Part shown: positions 27,252 to 38,807 of the stretch, piece after piece
Numbering within the stretch: the stretch's first letter is position 1
How the letters are laid out: each line of letters starts with the position of its first letter
Source of the DNA: an uncultured Chitinophagaceae bacterium
GTDB lineage: Bacteria > Bacteroidota > Ignavibacteria > UBA10030 > UBA8401
Direction: 5' to 3'
Length of the DNA stretch: 64,000 nucleotides
NCBI GenBank assembly: GCA_964355925.1
Contig: CAYHFN010000010.1
Span: 19,187-83,186 of the forward strand
Notes under the pieces: model-generated
Database searches by the model: none
What the model saw: the letters and a program-made list of their open reading frames with translations, nothing else
What the model was told of the DNA's origin: nothing
Made by a program: the position numbers and the translations under genes

Positions 27252-27294
27252 AGAAATTGTCCCCTGAACTCCGGAAAATTTTGACCGGACTATA

Positions 27295-28260
27295 TCATTG
27301 TTCTAATTCATTCCACATCAACGCACTCGCACCAAGAACTGCCGTATTCCCTTCCCGCAATCCCGATGGAAGAAGTTTAACTTTGCTCTTAAAGATATTG
27401 AGCATATATTCTTCCATATACCGTTGAGTTGGATTAAATAATATTTCGCCTGCTGCTGAAAGTCCTCCGAAGAGAATGATCGCTTCGGGACTTGTATGGG
27501 TCACTGCGTCAGCAAGTTTTAATCCTAATATTTTTCCTGTTTCTTCGAATGCTACAAGTGCAATCACATCACCGCGCAGAGCAGCTTCGGAAATCATCTT
27601 CGATGTTAGTTGGTTGAAACTAACGTTGCGTAGCTCACTCTCTTCTTTTCTTTCGGCAAGAAGTTCGAACACCGTTCTGCAAATTCCGCCGGCTGAGACA
27701 TATGTTTCCAAACAACCGCGTCGTCCACAACCGCACATTCTTCCGTTCACATCCACAATCACATGACCAATTTCTCCAGCGAAACCGTCGTGTCCGTATA
27801 CGATCTTTCCGTCAACAACAATTCCGCTTCCAAGTCCGGTGCCAAGTGCAATGACGATGAAATCTTTCATTCCTTTTGCTGCGCCAAATTTCATTTCACC
27901 GATCGCAGCAGCATTTGCATCATTCGTGATCGCAACAGGAATTTCGTAATATTGCTGGATCATTTTGACAAGTTCGGTAATACCATCCCATTTCAGGTTC
28001 GGCGGAAATTCCACGGTTCCATTGTAATAATTTGCGTTTGGCGCACCAATTCCGATCCCTTTTAAATCACATGTGTCACCGACTTTATCCAACATTTCTT
28101 TGATCTTTACGTGAAGTCGAGCAACATAAAGATCTGCAGGTTCTGTACCATTAGTCGTCATTGACGATTCAGCAAGAATGCTTCCCGTGCGAGTAACAAA
28201 ACCAAGCACGGTGTTTGTGCCGCCAATGTCTATTCCAAGTGTAACTTCTATGTTTGCCAT
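27295..28260 (-). CDS. ROK-family glucokinase
   Basis: 321-aa ORF. ATP-binding block LGIDIGGTNTV and ROK zinc motif CGCGRRGCLETYVSAGG. Confidence 0.85.
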   Translation of the reverse strand: MANIEVTLGIDIGGTNTVLGFVTRTGSILAESSMTTNGTEPADLYVARLHVKIKEMLDKVGDTCDLKGIGIGAPNANYYNGTVEFPPNLKWDGITELVKMIQQYYEIPVAITNDANAAAIGEMKFGAAKGMKDFIVIALGTGLGSGIVVDGKIVYGHDGFAGEIGHVIVDVNGRMCGCGRRGCLETYVSAGGICRTVFELLAERKEESELRNVSFNQLTSKMISEAALRGDVIALVAFEETGKILGLKLADAVTHTSPEAIILFGGLSAAGEILFNPTQRYMEEYMLNIFKSKVKLLPSGLREGNTAVLGASALMWNELEQ

Positions 28261-28284
28261 CTATATTTAGAATATTTGTGATTG

Positions 28285-29526
28285 TTATGCGTGTTTATGT
28301 CCAGCCCAACCGTAATACATAATATAAAGATAACAAATTGCCGGGAGTATAAATGCGTGTTGGATTCCAAAGTTATCCGCCAACGCCCCTTGTGCAACAG
28401 GTATAATCGCTCCGCCGACAATTGCCATAATCAAAATGCTTGATCCTTGGCTGGTCAATTTTCCAAGTCCATCAATTCCAAGGGTGAAGATTGTCGGGAA
28501 CATTATCGAATTAAAGAGACCGACCGAAAGAATTGTCCACATGGCAAAATGTCCTGTTGTAAAAACTGTGGTAAGAACAAGTGCGCAGGCAATGAGAGAA
28601 GATATTGCAAGAAGTTTTCCAGCGTTGATCTTTTGCATCAGAGCAGAACCAATAAATCGTCCGATCATTGCACCGCCCCAATAGTAGGAAACAAATCCGG
28701 CTGCGGTTGCTTGTGGTAAAGCGGCAATATCAGACTGACCTAGAAAACTCACGAGGAAACTTCCTATGGAAACTTCTCCGCCAACATACACGAAAATTCC
28801 AACCGCGCCGAGAACGAGATGGCGATGTTTCAATGCATCGGATAATTTTCCTGACTTTGCATGATGATCTTCAACAGCAGCGATCACCGGTAATTTTGAT
28901 TTCCAAATCACAATAGCAAGAACAACTAGCGCAATGGCAAGACCGACATACGGCATCTGTACCATGGCCGCTTCTTCTTTCGGAGTTAATCCGGCAACGG
29001 AAGAAAGGATAAGCACTCCGCCGAAATAGGGAGCTACTGTTGTTCCGAGTGAGTTGAATGCCTGTGTTAAATTCAAACGGCTTGAAGCAGTTTCAGATTT
29101 TCCAAGAACCGCAACATATGGATTCGCCGCAACCTGCAACAATGTAATTCCTGAAGCAAGAACGAACAACGCAGTGAGAAATAATGGATACGAAATTGCG
29201 CTTGCTGCAGGATAGAACAATAACGCACCGACACCGGATGTCAGCAGTCCTATCACAATTCCTTTTTGATAACCGACTTTTGCTATGATCGATCCGGAAG
29301 GAATCGACATGATAAAATATGCACCAAAAAATGTGAATTGAATAAGCATGATCTGAGTATAGTTCAGATCGAATACACCTTTTAAATGAGGAATGAGAAT
29401 ATCATTCAAGCAGGTAAGAAAACCCCACATAAAAAATAGCATTGTAACAACAGCAAGTGGAACAGTATAATTTCCTCCCTGCGAAGCGTCGACGTGTGTT
29501 TGATTTGGAGTGCTGATGGATGCCAT
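28285..29526 (-). CDS. MFS sugar transporter, glucose/galactose (FucP/GluP) family
   Basis: 413-aa ORF with about 12 hydrophobic helices. The N-terminus [24 protein letters not shown] is typical of the FucP/GluP subfamily. It lies next to the glucokinase. Confidence 0.8.
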   Translation of the reverse strand: MASISTPNQTHVDASQGGNYTVPLAVVTMLFFMWGFLTCLNDILIPHLKGVFDLNYTQIMLIQFTFFGAYFIMSIPSGSIIAKVGYQKGIVIGLLTSGVGALLFYPAASAISYPLFLTALFVLASGITLLQVAANPYVAVLGKSETASSRLNLTQAFNSLGTTVAPYFGGVLILSSVAGLTPKEEAAMVQMPYVGLAIALVVLAIVIWKSKLPVIAAVEDHHAKSGKLSDALKHRHLVLGAVGIFVYVGGEVSIGSFLVSFLGQSDIAALPQATAAGFVSYYWGGAMIGRFIGSALMQKINAGKLLAISSLIACALVLTTVFTTGHFAMWTILSVGLFNSIMFPTIFTLGIDGLGKLTSQGSSILIMAIVGGAIIPVAQGALADNFGIQHAFILPAICYLYIMYYGWAGHKHA

Positions 29527-29580
29527 AAGATTCCTATAATAAAATGGATAAATTTGTTAATTTACAATCTGTGAAACTGA

Positions 29581-30642
29581 TTAATTATTTTTGTATACCC
29601 GAATCCAATCCACAAACACTGAACACGGGAATAGTGCTTCGGGAATGATCGCTCCGCCGTACGTCTTGGTATCGCTTCCGCCAACGCCTGCACTAAGAAT
29701 GATGAACATCGAACGTTCAAACGGATGCCATTCCGGAAAATGATTGGAGTATTCCGAAAGCATTGTTCTTCTTCCATTCACTGTTTTTACTCCGTCCTTA
29801 TCTTGTCCATCTGCTATTCCATTGTCAAACGCAGCTCCGTCATTAAAATAATGGATGTGATAGATATTATTATCAACAGCAAATTCCATTTTATCAGCGT
29901 GCCACTCTATACTATAGATATGAAATGAACCATTACCAAGAATCGAATCCACCGGTTGAGCTACAAATGTCTCGAACAATGGAGAAGTTATTGGAACCTC
30001 ATTATTTTTAAACGAATAATATGCTCCTTTATGACCATGATTCCATTCTGCAAATTGGTTATTCTCCCACGACCACGCATAGTGAACACTTCCTAAATTA
30101 TGCCGCGGCATAGATCCAACATACTCCATAATATCCACTTCGCCACCTTGCGGCCACATAATAAAACTTTGTCCAACCGGTTTTTCAGCCGGCATCAGCC
30201 AAAATGCGAATCCTTGTCCTTTTGCAAGAACATCTCGCGCCCATATTCGTGCAGAGAGTTTATATCCCGGACCCCACGCAGCTTTTCCACTCGTGGTGAG
30301 CCGTCCGCTAGTGTAATTACGATCGACGTAATATTCTTTTCGAGTAATAATTGCTAAACATCCGCCATCTGCATTGTTAATTCCCTGGATGATATCAACA
30401 TTTTCTTTTCGATTCGTAGCTCTGTCCAATTGTCCCGTTCCAAAATCTCCGTTCACACCAGTACCGGTTTCGTAATTCCATTTGGATAGATCAAGACTAG
30501 CTCCGTTAAATTCATCGCTCCACACCAACGAATCATTGGTCGTAGGATTTGGTTCTTTTTTAACATCGCTGACGGGATCTTTACAAGCGATCAACCAAAT
30601 CGCTATCAAAAAATATACCCCGTTTCTCATAAATTCAATCAC
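29581..30642 (-). CDS. GH16 beta-glucanase, lipoprotein
   Basis: 353-aa ORF with lipobox WLIAC. Blocks WSDEFNG and catalytic motif WPQGGEVDIMEYVG. Confidence 0.85.
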   Translation of the reverse strand: MIEFMRNGVYFLIAIWLIACKDPVSDVKKEPNPTTNDSLVWSDEFNGASLDLSKWNYETGTGVNGDFGTGQLDRATNRKENVDIIQGINNADGGCLAIITRKEYYVDRNYTSGRLTTSGKAAWGPGYKLSARIWARDVLAKGQGFAFWLMPAEKPVGQSFIMWPQGGEVDIMEYVGSMPRHNLGSVHYAWSWENNQFAEWNHGHKGAYYSFKNNEVPITSPLFETFVAQPVDSILGNGSFHIYSIEWHADKMEFAVDNNIYHIHYFNDGAAFDNGIADGQDKDGVKTVNGRRTMLSEYSNHFPEWHPFERSMFIILSAGVGGSDTKTYGGAIIPEALFPCSVFVDWIRVYKNN

Positions 30643-30690
30643 TCAAAATAAACCACCGGATAGTATCATGGTGGCAGTTTCAAAAAAAAA

Positions 30691-32508
30691 TTATTTTGTT
30701 ACTCGAGTGGAAGAGTATGTCAGACCAAATCCGAATGGAAAAAGAGGATCATATTCTTTATCACCGACATTGATCGGAATCTGTTTCATATTCTTCGGCC
30801 AGGAATGTGGAAGTTTTCCGGATATATTAACATCACCGAACAAAACATCTGCAATACCTTGACCTTCCGTACCCGGAAGCCATGCTGCAACAAACGCATT
30901 CGATTTTTCCAACGAACCATTGATGATCATCGGCCGTCCGGAAATGAGAACAACTACCACTGGAATTCCTTTTGCTTTCATTGTTTCGATCACCGCAACA
31001 TCTTCTTTGGATAGACTCAGTTCTTCTCTGTCGCCGAACATTTCAGCATATGGTTCCTCGCCGATCACAACAATTCCGATATCATTGCTGTCAGCTCCGC
31101 TGCCGTCAAGCGAATATGTTACTTTTGTATCTTTTGATACCGTATTTTTGATCGCTGTAAGAATGGTCGTCCCGCCGGAGATCACATTTCCTTTTTTGCT
31201 CTGCCAGTCAATCGTCCAACCGCCACATTGCATACCGATATCATCGGCACCTTTTCCGGCAATATGGAATCGTTTTGCACTTTTTGACAACGGGAGAAGA
31301 TTTTTTTCGTTCTTCAATAACACCAGTGATTGTTGAACTGCTTCGCGTGCTACTTCGCGGTGTGCAGCCGAACCAACTTCGGCAGTGAGTTTCTTATCAG
31401 CATATTTATTTTCAAACAGGCCAAGTTCAAACTTTACGATCAAAATCCTTTTCACCGCATCGTCGATCCTGCTCATCTCGATCTTCTTTTCTTTCACTAA
31501 TTCTTTTGTCAATCGGATGAAATCGATATAAGAGTTATGCTTCCCTGCACCATTCGGGATCATCACCATATCAATTCCTGCGTTGATGGATTGTTCAATG
31601 GTATATTTAAAGTTTGGAGACAACTGATCGATCGCCGCCCAATCCGAAACAATAAATCCTTTGAATTGCAATTCACCTTTTAAAACATCGGTCATCAGAT
31701 ATTTATTCCCGTGCATTTTATTTCCATTCCAACTGTTGTAGGAAGCCATGATGGATTTTGCACCCATCTTGATCGATTCAACATATCCAGGTAGATGGAC
31801 CGTGCGAAGTGTTGCTTCATCCACTTCAGTATTTCCTTGATCTTTACCGTTCGCTGTTCCGCCGTCGCCAACATAATGTTTTACGCATGCAAGCACGGAA
31901 TTTTTATCTGCAAGACTAACACCTTGCATTCCTTTGACATATGCTGCTCCGAGTTCCTTCACCATATCCGGGTCTTCACCGTAACTTTCGTATGTTCTTC
32001 CCCATCGTTCATTTCGAGCAACGGCAACACATGGAGCAAAATCCCATTGGATTCCGGTTCCTTTGATCTCTTTTGCTGTGATCATTCCAACCTTTTCTAC
32101 CAATTGAGCGTTACGTGTTGCTCCCAATCCTACGTTATGCGGGAAAATGACTGCGCCGTCAACATTGTTGTGTCCGTGCACCGCATCAATTCCAAAGATG
32201 AGAGGAATTTTCAATCGTTGTTTCTCTGACAATCCTTGTAGTGAATCATAGCATGCTGCCCAACCCTTGGCAGAAATGTCAACAATTTCAGAACTCCCTC
32301 CCCACAGGATCGAACCAATACTCATAGTAATAATATCCTTCGGTGAATTTTGAAATGCCGTATAATCGATCTGCATCATCTGACCGATCTTTTCTTCAAG
32401 AGTCATTTTTTTAAGAAGTGTTTGAACTTGAGTATCAATATTTTTTGCCGATGGCTGTGATATTGAAAGTGTGAAGAAGCACACGCAAAATGTCAGTACG
32501 AGCTTCAT
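30691..32508 (-). CDS. GH3 exo-beta-glucosidase / exo-1,3-1,4-glucanase type
   Basis: 605-aa ORF with a signal peptide. Blocks [12 protein letters not shown] and KHYVGDGGT; nucleophile context [10 protein letters not shown]. Confidence 0.9.
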   Translation of the reverse strand: MKLVLTFCVCFFTLSISQPSAKNIDTQVQTLLKKMTLEEKIGQMMQIDYTAFQNSPKDIITMSIGSILWGGSSEIVDISAKGWAACYDSLQGLSEKQRLKIPLIFGIDAVHGHNNVDGAVIFPHNVGLGATRNAQLVEKVGMITAKEIKGTGIQWDFAPCVAVARNERWGRTYESYGEDPDMVKELGAAYVKGMQGVSLADKNSVLACVKHYVGDGGTANGKDQGNTEVDEATLRTVHLPGYVESIKMGAKSIMASYNSWNGNKMHGNKYLMTDVLKGELQFKGFIVSDWAAIDQLSPNFKYTIEQSINAGIDMVMIPNGAGKHNSYIDFIRLTKELVKEKKIEMSRIDDAVKRILIVKFELGLFENKYADKKLTAEVGSAAHREVAREAVQQSLVLLKNEKNLLPLSKSAKRFHIAGKGADDIGMQCGGWTIDWQSKKGNVISGGTTILTAIKNTVSKDTKVTYSLDGSGADSNDIGIVVIGEEPYAEMFGDREELSLSKEDVAVIETMKAKGIPVVVVLISGRPMIINGSLEKSNAFVAAWLPGTEGQGIADVLFGDVNISGKLPHSWPKNMKQIPINVGDKEYDPLFPFGFGLTYSSTRVTK

Positions 32509-32564
32509 AATAGAATCCTTTATATGAGTAAATAAGTAATGTTAAATTGTCAAATAGAATTTTG

Positions 32565-34376
32565 TTATTGGATAAGTAGCATCTTTCTCATTGAAGTAAA
32601 TCTGCCGCCATTTACAACACAAAGATATGCACCGGATGATAACGTATTTCCGTTATTATCTTTCGCATTCCATGTAAATGAGTGAACACCACGCTGCATC
32701 ATTCCAAGATTCTTTTCACTCACCAATCGCCCCAGTGTATCGAAGAACCGGATGGAAATATTTTCATCACTTGAAAGAGAGAATGGAATAACTGTCGATC
32801 CATTGAACGGATTCGGGAAATTCTGGCCAATGTTCATTCGTTCCGGAGTTGATTCAATATTCTCGTTGACATCGGTTGGAAGCTGTATGATCGTGATGCC
32901 GTTGACAATTGCATTATCGATCAATGACATAAAGTGGATGTCAAGCAATCCCTCCGTTACCGAAACACTTGGAACAACTTTTTGATATTGAACTCCTTTA
33001 CCAATCTTTGCAAAGAGATCAAGGTTTTTTTCGACAACAACGCCCTGCACAGTAATATCAAACAAACGCTTTCCTGCTGCTGTGAAATAATTTTCCGCCA
33101 TCATAAGAAACACAGCATATTTTCCGTTCGGTACACGGACACGGTATTCAGCCACTCCGTTCAATTCAGATTTGAAGATCATAGGATCACCGGAACCGCT
33201 TGTGGTATTGGTGTTTTGATATTTGTTACCATCCAGATATCCATAATCAAGAAATGAATTCCACATTTGGTCAGAAAGAACATCATTATACGCAGCACCA
33301 CCACAATTTATTTTTATCGGGAACGATAGTTGTTTTGGTTTTGAGATCGTTATACTTTTTCCTGCAAGAGTATTTGCAGGAAAAAATCGATCTTTGATGT
33401 TCATCAATATTACACTCGATAATTTTGAGGTATCATATTCAGAAAGTGTTAACCGAACTGTTTTTTTATCAGAATATAAAACAGCATTTTCGACAATGTT
33501 ATTTTGAACAAGATAATTGGAAAGAGTTACAGCCGAAATGCTGTCCACTTCTTCAAAAAAATATATGACCAGTCCATCTGCTTCGGCACGCGCCGAAATA
33601 ACATTTGGTGCAACATTATCCTGAAACCCTAACGCCGATTCTTTTGTCAGACAGAGGATCATATTTCCATCTTTGAACACAATATTTTCCGGTATAAAAT
33701 CACATTGGTTATCGCCAAATGTATGACTAGCACGATCCCAGCGTGCTGCATCATACGAGTTAAAATCATCCTTCCACTGAAATGTAAAATTATTGTTTGT
33801 TCCGCTAGTTCCGGAATCAGGGGTGAACGATGAATAACTGACAAAATCATAGTAGGCAAACGCCGGTAATGAATTCTCATTCCACACACCTGACCAGTTT
33901 TGGAGCAATACGGATTGGATCCAAATATTCATCATGATCTTTTGCGGATGGATCAGTGTTTGGATCTGTGATCCGGTCTGACGGTATGATTCAGTTCCAT
34001 CTATGAACCATGCAACGTATGATGGTGTCCATTCTATAGCATATGTATGAAAATCCAATGAAGGATTGAACGGCGTTTGTCGTCGTCCAACATGATTTGT
34101 CTGTCCCGGTGTGATGGTATTGTATTGTACATCATCCGAGTATCGTCCCATTATTTCGATATCGATCTCATTCCATTTTTGCGAGTCGAATGGAACCATA
34201 TCGTTATAGGTAAAAAATGACGAGAGCATACCTTCACGTTGCACTGCTTTCATTTTTACCTCAAATCGGCCGTACAGGTAGGATGCTTTCGTTCGATACT
34301 CTCCTCCTTTATAGACCTTTGCGGTAAGGATCGTTGGAAGCAGTATCAGGGCAATAAATACAATTCGTTTTATCAT
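32565..34376 (-). CDS. GH16 (licheninase-type motif) fused to a malectin-like di-glucose-binding domain and T9SS CTD
   Basis: 603-aa ORF with a signal peptide. GH16 motif WNEIDIEIMG. Malectin-like INCGGAAYNDVLSDQMW...GKYAVFLMMAENYFTAAGKRLFDITVQGVVVEKNLDLF. CTD IGQNFPNPFNGSTVIPFSL...RKMLLIQ. Confidence 0.8.
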   Translation of the reverse strand: MIKRIVFIALILLPTILTAKVYKGGEYRTKASYLYGRFEVKMKAVQREGMLSSFFTYNDMVPFDSQKWNEIDIEIMGRYSDDVQYNTITPGQTNHVGRRQTPFNPSLDFHTYAIEWTPSYVAWFIDGTESYRQTGSQIQTLIHPQKIMMNIWIQSVLLQNWSGVWNENSLPAFAYYDFVSYSSFTPDSGTSGTNNNFTFQWKDDFNSYDAARWDRASHTFGDNQCDFIPENIVFKDGNMILCLTKESALGFQDNVAPNVISARAEADGLVIYFFEEVDSISAVTLSNYLVQNNIVENAVLYSDKKTVRLTLSEYDTSKLSSVILMNIKDRFFPANTLAGKSITISKPKQLSFPIKINCGGAAYNDVLSDQMWNSFLDYGYLDGNKYQNTNTTSGSGDPMIFKSELNGVAEYRVRVPNGKYAVFLMMAENYFTAAGKRLFDITVQGVVVEKNLDLFAKIGKGVQYQKVVPSVSVTEGLLDIHFMSLIDNAIVNGITIIQLPTDVNENIESTPERMNIGQNFPNPFNGSTVIPFSLSSDENISIRFFDTLGRLVSEKNLGMMQRGVHSFTWNAKDNNGNTLSSGAYLCVVNGGRFTSMRKMLLIQ

Positions 34377-36694
34377 TTTAAAATTACCATTTTCTTTGTT
34401 TCAACAAACGTTCCAGCCTGTATGGTATAAAAATATACTCCGCTCGAAAGCACTCTTCCGGACAATGTCGCAGTATGGACACCGGCCTCTTGTTGTGTAT
34501 TTACCATTGTAGTAATTTCTTTTCCAAGAACATCAAATACTTTCAGTGACACATAACTATTGATCGGTAATTCATACTTGATCGTCGTTGTCGGATTAAA
34601 TGGATTTGGATAGTTTTGAAAGAGCGAAAATATTTTCGGTATTTGAAGATCTTTTTTTGTTTCAGCACTCGTTATATATTCGCTGTTGTCCACATATTTT
34701 TTATACATCGCTGTCAATTTTAGCATCACCGGTTTAGGATTTGTTCGATCCATCCTCAACAGTCCCATACTTTGATATCCTAACGTTTGTTGGTGAGTGT
34801 ACCAATCGAACGCACACCACCAAGTCACTCCGGCAAGCGGTCCATTGTTCCGTACAATCCCGGTCTGATCGATAGGAGTATATAATGAGAATGCGGCAAA
34901 TGTTGAATCAAATGTTGTCACCTGTTCCTGCTGCGATGCACCGTTTTCACTAGACCAGTAACCATATTCCGTTGCAATGATCGGTTTGTTGGGGTTTGCG
35001 ATCACCGCATCACTGATAAATTTTTTTGTTCCTGCAAACATGGTGCTGCCATGGAATATTCCGAAATACATCGTCCATCCACGCACATCACATTCTTCCT
35101 GCGAAGCATCAGCCGGACCCGGACGATCGGCCGCTGCTGATTGTGTCACCAATCTTCCGTCCGGATAACGTTCATTCAATTCCGATCGAACTGCGCGGTT
35201 GAAAATTGTTCTTCCGGTTACATCTTTGCATTCATTCGAAGTGCTCCACATTGCAATGGATGGGCGATTATAATCGCGAAACACCATTTCGCGGAACATC
35301 TGATGATGAATATGACGTTGATTATTTTGAGTATCCCACGATGCCGCATCATCGAACCACCATACAGGAATTTCCTCCATTACAATCAAACCTAACCGAT
35401 CCGCAACAAGATATGTATAGGGATGATTTGGATAATGTCCTGAACGGAGGTAATTCACATTCATTGATTTTATTGTGCTCAGGTCGGAATAAATGATGCT
35501 TTTAGGAACACTTCTTCCGTAATTCGGATGATCCTCATGCCTTGCAACACCATGAAGGAATGCCGGTTTTTCATTCAGGACAAATTTACTTCCATCGGTC
35601 TTTACCGTCCGGATCCCAAACTGAGTGAAAAATTCATCAAGCACAATTCCGTTTTGCTTTATAATCACTTTCAAAATATAGAGATTTGGTTTCTTGGGCG
35701 ACCAAAGGAGAGGATTTTGAATCGTAAAATTCGTTGTAATTACACCAAGAGAATCTTTCAACACCGATAATGGCAAAGTTGTTGTTCCGGTGATTGGAAC
35801 TTCAACATCGATCAGTTCTGCAGAGATTTCTTTTGTGAGTGAGATAGAATCTTTTTTTGCTTTATAAACTTGGAATGAAACATTAACATCAGATTGAACG
35901 GTAAGTTTGTTTGCTATGATAATATTTGCTTGAACTAACCCGTTGATATTTTTTGAAACCACATCTGCACGAACAACTGAAACCGGATGTGCAAAATCAA
36001 GATACACATCGTGAATGATCCCGGTGTAGTTGAACCAATCGCATGTATAGAACGGAACAATATCTTTCCTCGTCCCCCACGGAAGATTATCAACTCGAAC
36101 TGCAATCACATTCACCGTATCTGTTCGAATGATTCTTGAGACATCAAATGCAAATGGTGTATAGCCCCCTTCATGGTATCCGAGATACGTTCCGTTCACC
36201 CACACATCACAGATATAATTAACAGCATAAAAATTTAATGTCGCTTTTTTTTCTTTTAAGGAATCAGAAACTGAAAATGTGCGTCGATACCACACACCAT
36301 CCTGATAATATTCGGGAGTCTTTTCATTTGCATTCAATTTATTTTCGACACCGGGAAGAAGTTTGTTCTCCCATCCGGAATCGTCAAAGTTCACTGCAAA
36401 CCGGTTGGCCGCTTCGTTGGTAACAAGAGCCAATCCATTGTTAGCCCGGTTATACATTGTGATCGTATGATTTGCCGCAAAACGAAATTTTTTCCAGAGA
36501 CCGCTAAGGGAGATCGTTGGACGCTGTTGTTTTTCAAATGACGGAATAGGAATTCCATTTTGATATGGAATCGCAACCCCACCGATGCTTTTCATAAACA
36601 ACGTAGAATCCAATGTTGGATATTGTGCCAATGATACAATCGGCACAATACACAATATGGAACAGATAAGAAAATATATTCGAGTTTTCATCAT
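34373..36694 (-). CDS. GH2 family glycosidase with T9SS CTD
   Basis: 773-aa ORF with a signal peptide. GH2 sugar-binding block NFYAVNYICDVWVNGTYLGYHEGGYTPFAFDVS. Blocks RSGHYPNHP and acid/base context MWSTSNEC. CTD LFQNYPNPFNPTTTIKYEL...KKMVILK. Confidence 0.8.
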   Translation of the reverse strand: MMKTRIYFLICSILCIVPIVSLAQYPTLDSTLFMKSIGGVAIPYQNGIPIPSFEKQQRPTISLSGLWKKFRFAANHTITMYNRANNGLALVTNEAANRFAVNFDDSGWENKLLPGVENKLNANEKTPEYYQDGVWYRRTFSVSDSLKEKKATLNFYAVNYICDVWVNGTYLGYHEGGYTPFAFDVSRIIRTDTVNVIAVRVDNLPWGTRKDIVPFYTCDWFNYTGIIHDVYLDFAHPVSVVRADVVSKNINGLVQANIIIANKLTVQSDVNVSFQVYKAKKDSISLTKEISAELIDVEVPITGTTTLPLSVLKDSLGVITTNFTIQNPLLWSPKKPNLYILKVIIKQNGIVLDEFFTQFGIRTVKTDGSKFVLNEKPAFLHGVARHEDHPNYGRSVPKSIIYSDLSTIKSMNVNYLRSGHYPNHPYTYLVADRLGLIVMEEIPVWWFDDAASWDTQNNQRHIHHQMFREMVFRDYNRPSIAMWSTSNECKDVTGRTIFNRAVRSELNERYPDGRLVTQSAAADRPGPADASQEECDVRGWTMYFGIFHGSTMFAGTKKFISDAVIANPNKPIIATEYGYWSSENGASQQEQVTTFDSTFAAFSLYTPIDQTGIVRNNGPLAGVTWWCAFDWYTHQQTLGYQSMGLLRMDRTNPKPVMLKLTAMYKKYVDNSEYITSAETKKDLQIPKIFSLFQNYPNPFNPTTTIKYELPINSYVSLKVFDVLGKEITTMVNTQQEAGVHTATLSGRVLSSGVYFYTIQAGTFVETKKMVILK

Positions 36695-36716
36695 GACTAG
36701 TGTGGTTATATGATAT

Positions 36717-38747
36717 TTATTTGATCAAAATCATTTTTCGTGATTCAACAAAGTTTCCGGCCTGTATATTGTAGAGATACAGTCCGCTTGCTAATGCAGA
36801 TGCGTTGAACGTTGCCGAATAATAACCCGCTTCTTGATCTTCATTTACTAATGTCGTCACTTCTCTTCCGATCGAATCAAAAATTTTTAATGATACGTGA
36901 TTGTTCACCGGTAATTGATAACTGATCATTGTTGTTGGATTGAACGGATTTGGATAATTTTGGTACAATTGAAAATCGTTCGGTTGTGGTTCTTCACGCA
37001 TTCCAATTCCCGTACTCACACCTTCAGCTGCAAAATATCCGGCAACAAATACCAACGGTGCATTCCAATTGATCGCAATCTCATTCGATGCATAACTTCC
37101 CTCTTCATCCGTATAGATCATTGCCGGCGGTGTTAATGCAGAAAATTTTGCCTTCAATACAGGGTCACTTCTTCCCTGTTCCGGACCTCCGGCAAGCAAT
37201 CCTGGAACCGGTTCAACAATTCCATCTGCTGATGAAGGACGATGGTGCGGATGCAAAACGTGATGAGCGCCGATCCCTGTTACAAACGAAATATTGTGCG
37301 CATTATTCCCGAGAATATAATTGAGTTGGGCTAGTGCCGCATTCAACATTGACTGATCTTTATTTTCGCGTGATGCAAGGATTAATAATATTGCTTTATT
37401 TAATACGCCGGAATTGCTTCCCCAATCATATTCGCCGGTAGAAAGTGAAACAGAAAATCCGTCATTGGCAATAGAACTAACAAGCGAAGTTGCATAATCT
37501 AAAAGCGATTGACGCAGTGTTATTTTATTTAAATTACTTGCAGACGCTTGTTGTGTGTAAAGATAGGCTAAATGCGCCATCGTTCGAACATTGGGCCACC
37601 CCATCGGCTGAGAAAGCAATGCACCGGAAGCATATCGTGTGGAATAATATGAATTGAATGTTGCTTCCCCTGTTGTTGAAAATAATTCCGCTGCAGCCCA
37701 TAAACGTTCATCGGAATCATTGCCGTCACCATATTCTCCCGTTGCTGTTCCCGATGGATTTTTGAAGCCTCCGGTTGGAACGATGGATGGATGCGCCTGC
37801 AAATATTCCCACGCACGGCGCGAAACCGATAGACAAGAATCGGAAAATTTTTGATCGAACGATTTATAGATGCGTGCTGCTCGCGCAAACACTGCGGCAA
37901 AATCCCCCGTTGCGGTCGTTGATATTTGGTAAATATATCTCGTTCCATTATCAACAGAAGGCATAACAAATCCTTCAAATTGTTCACGCGTCACCTTAAA
38001 ATAAACTCCGCCGCCGGAGTGCTGCATCTTCAACATCCAATTCAATTCATACCGCACTTCATCCAAAATATCAGGAACTGAATTTCCGCTTTCAAATATG
38101 CCGAGATTGTCATTGGAGAATCGTGTCGGGAACATTTCATACGCCATGAGCATTGTCCCGACTGAGATACCGGCATTAACGGTATATTTTCCAAAATCTC
38201 CGGCATCATGCCAGCCGCCGCTGACTGTTCTATATCCTGTTGAATCAGAAGTTGAGTGATATGTTCCGTCATTCCCGTGGCATCCGGCTCGAGCATATAT
38301 CCCTGCAAAAAGTGAATGCAATAATTGGCCGCAACGCTGGAAATAAAACCCCTTTAACGAGGATAGAAATACAGATTGAAATACCGTGTCAGAGATTGAA
38401 AATTCGTATGATTGTTCGGAGGGAGAAACTGAGATATAATATGTTCCCGGTTTTTTGAAGGAAGAAAAATCTCCTTTGTACACTGTTAATCCTGTGGCAG
38501 GGTCGTTCGTTTTAGAAAGGGTGATCTTACCTGAGAAGGAAACCGTGTTAGTACTTTTTTCGACTATCTTAAAACTATCCGCAAGGGTGGTGGTAAAGAA
38601 TATTTTTTGTCCGTTCGGAAAATACCCCGCTTGATTCACCATCACCGACGATGTTGCAATTGGTATCAACAAAAAACAGAGAGTAACAATCTTGAACAAC
38701 AATCGTCGCATCATACAATTAGAAATTGTTGTTACGCAGATCAGCAA
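36717..38747 (-). CDS. GH9 endoglucanase with N-terminal Ig-like (CelD_N) module and T9SS CTD
   Basis: 676-aa ORF; the likely true start is MMRRLLF at about 38714. Blocks VNQAGYFPNGQK (Ig-like module), SGGWHDAGDFGKY, DERLWAAAELF, SFVTGIGAHHVLHPHHR and YASNEIAINWNAPLV. CTD LYQNYPNPFNPTTMISYQL...RKMILIK. Confidence 0.9.
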   Translation of the reverse strand: MLICVTTISNCMMRRLLFKIVTLCFLLIPIATSSVMVNQAGYFPNGQKIFFTTTLADSFKIVEKSTNTVSFSGKITLSKTNDPATGLTVYKGDFSSFKKPGTYYISVSPSEQSYEFSISDTVFQSVFLSSLKGFYFQRCGQLLHSLFAGIYARAGCHGNDGTYHSTSDSTGYRTVSGGWHDAGDFGKYTVNAGISVGTMLMAYEMFPTRFSNDNLGIFESGNSVPDILDEVRYELNWMLKMQHSGGGVYFKVTREQFEGFVMPSVDNGTRYIYQISTTATGDFAAVFARAARIYKSFDQKFSDSCLSVSRRAWEYLQAHPSIVPTGGFKNPSGTATGEYGDGNDSDERLWAAAELFSTTGEATFNSYYSTRYASGALLSQPMGWPNVRTMAHLAYLYTQQASASNLNKITLRQSLLDYATSLVSSIANDGFSVSLSTGEYDWGSNSGVLNKAILLILASRENKDQSMLNAALAQLNYILGNNAHNISFVTGIGAHHVLHPHHRPSSADGIVEPVPGLLAGGPEQGRSDPVLKAKFSALTPPAMIYTDEEGSYASNEIAINWNAPLVFVAGYFAAEGVSTGIGMREEPQPNDFQLYQNYPNPFNPTTMISYQLPVNNHVSLKIFDSIGREVTTLVNEDQEAGYYSATFNASALASGLYLYNIQAGNFVESRKMILIK

Positions 38748-38807
38748 AAATGGTCAAGCTGGGTAGGGCGCAGATTTTAAATAGTTAGGTCATCCTTCTG
38801 CCAACCC

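Noticed and set aside
30653-30674. CCACC-N12-GGTGG hairpin followed by TTTATTTTG (minus strand) between the GH3 and GH16 genes
   Set aside because: A 5-bp stem with a 12-nt loop is too weak to call a terminator, and the T-rich tail overlaps the ribosome-binding region of the next gene.
32541-32556. TTAAATTGTCAAAT in the GH3/GH16-malectin spacer resembles the TTAAATTGACAGCA arm of the 50237-50438 inverted repeat
   Set aside because: Only about 10 of 14 positions match and the sequence is AT-rich, so chance similarity cannot be excluded without a genome-wide motif search.
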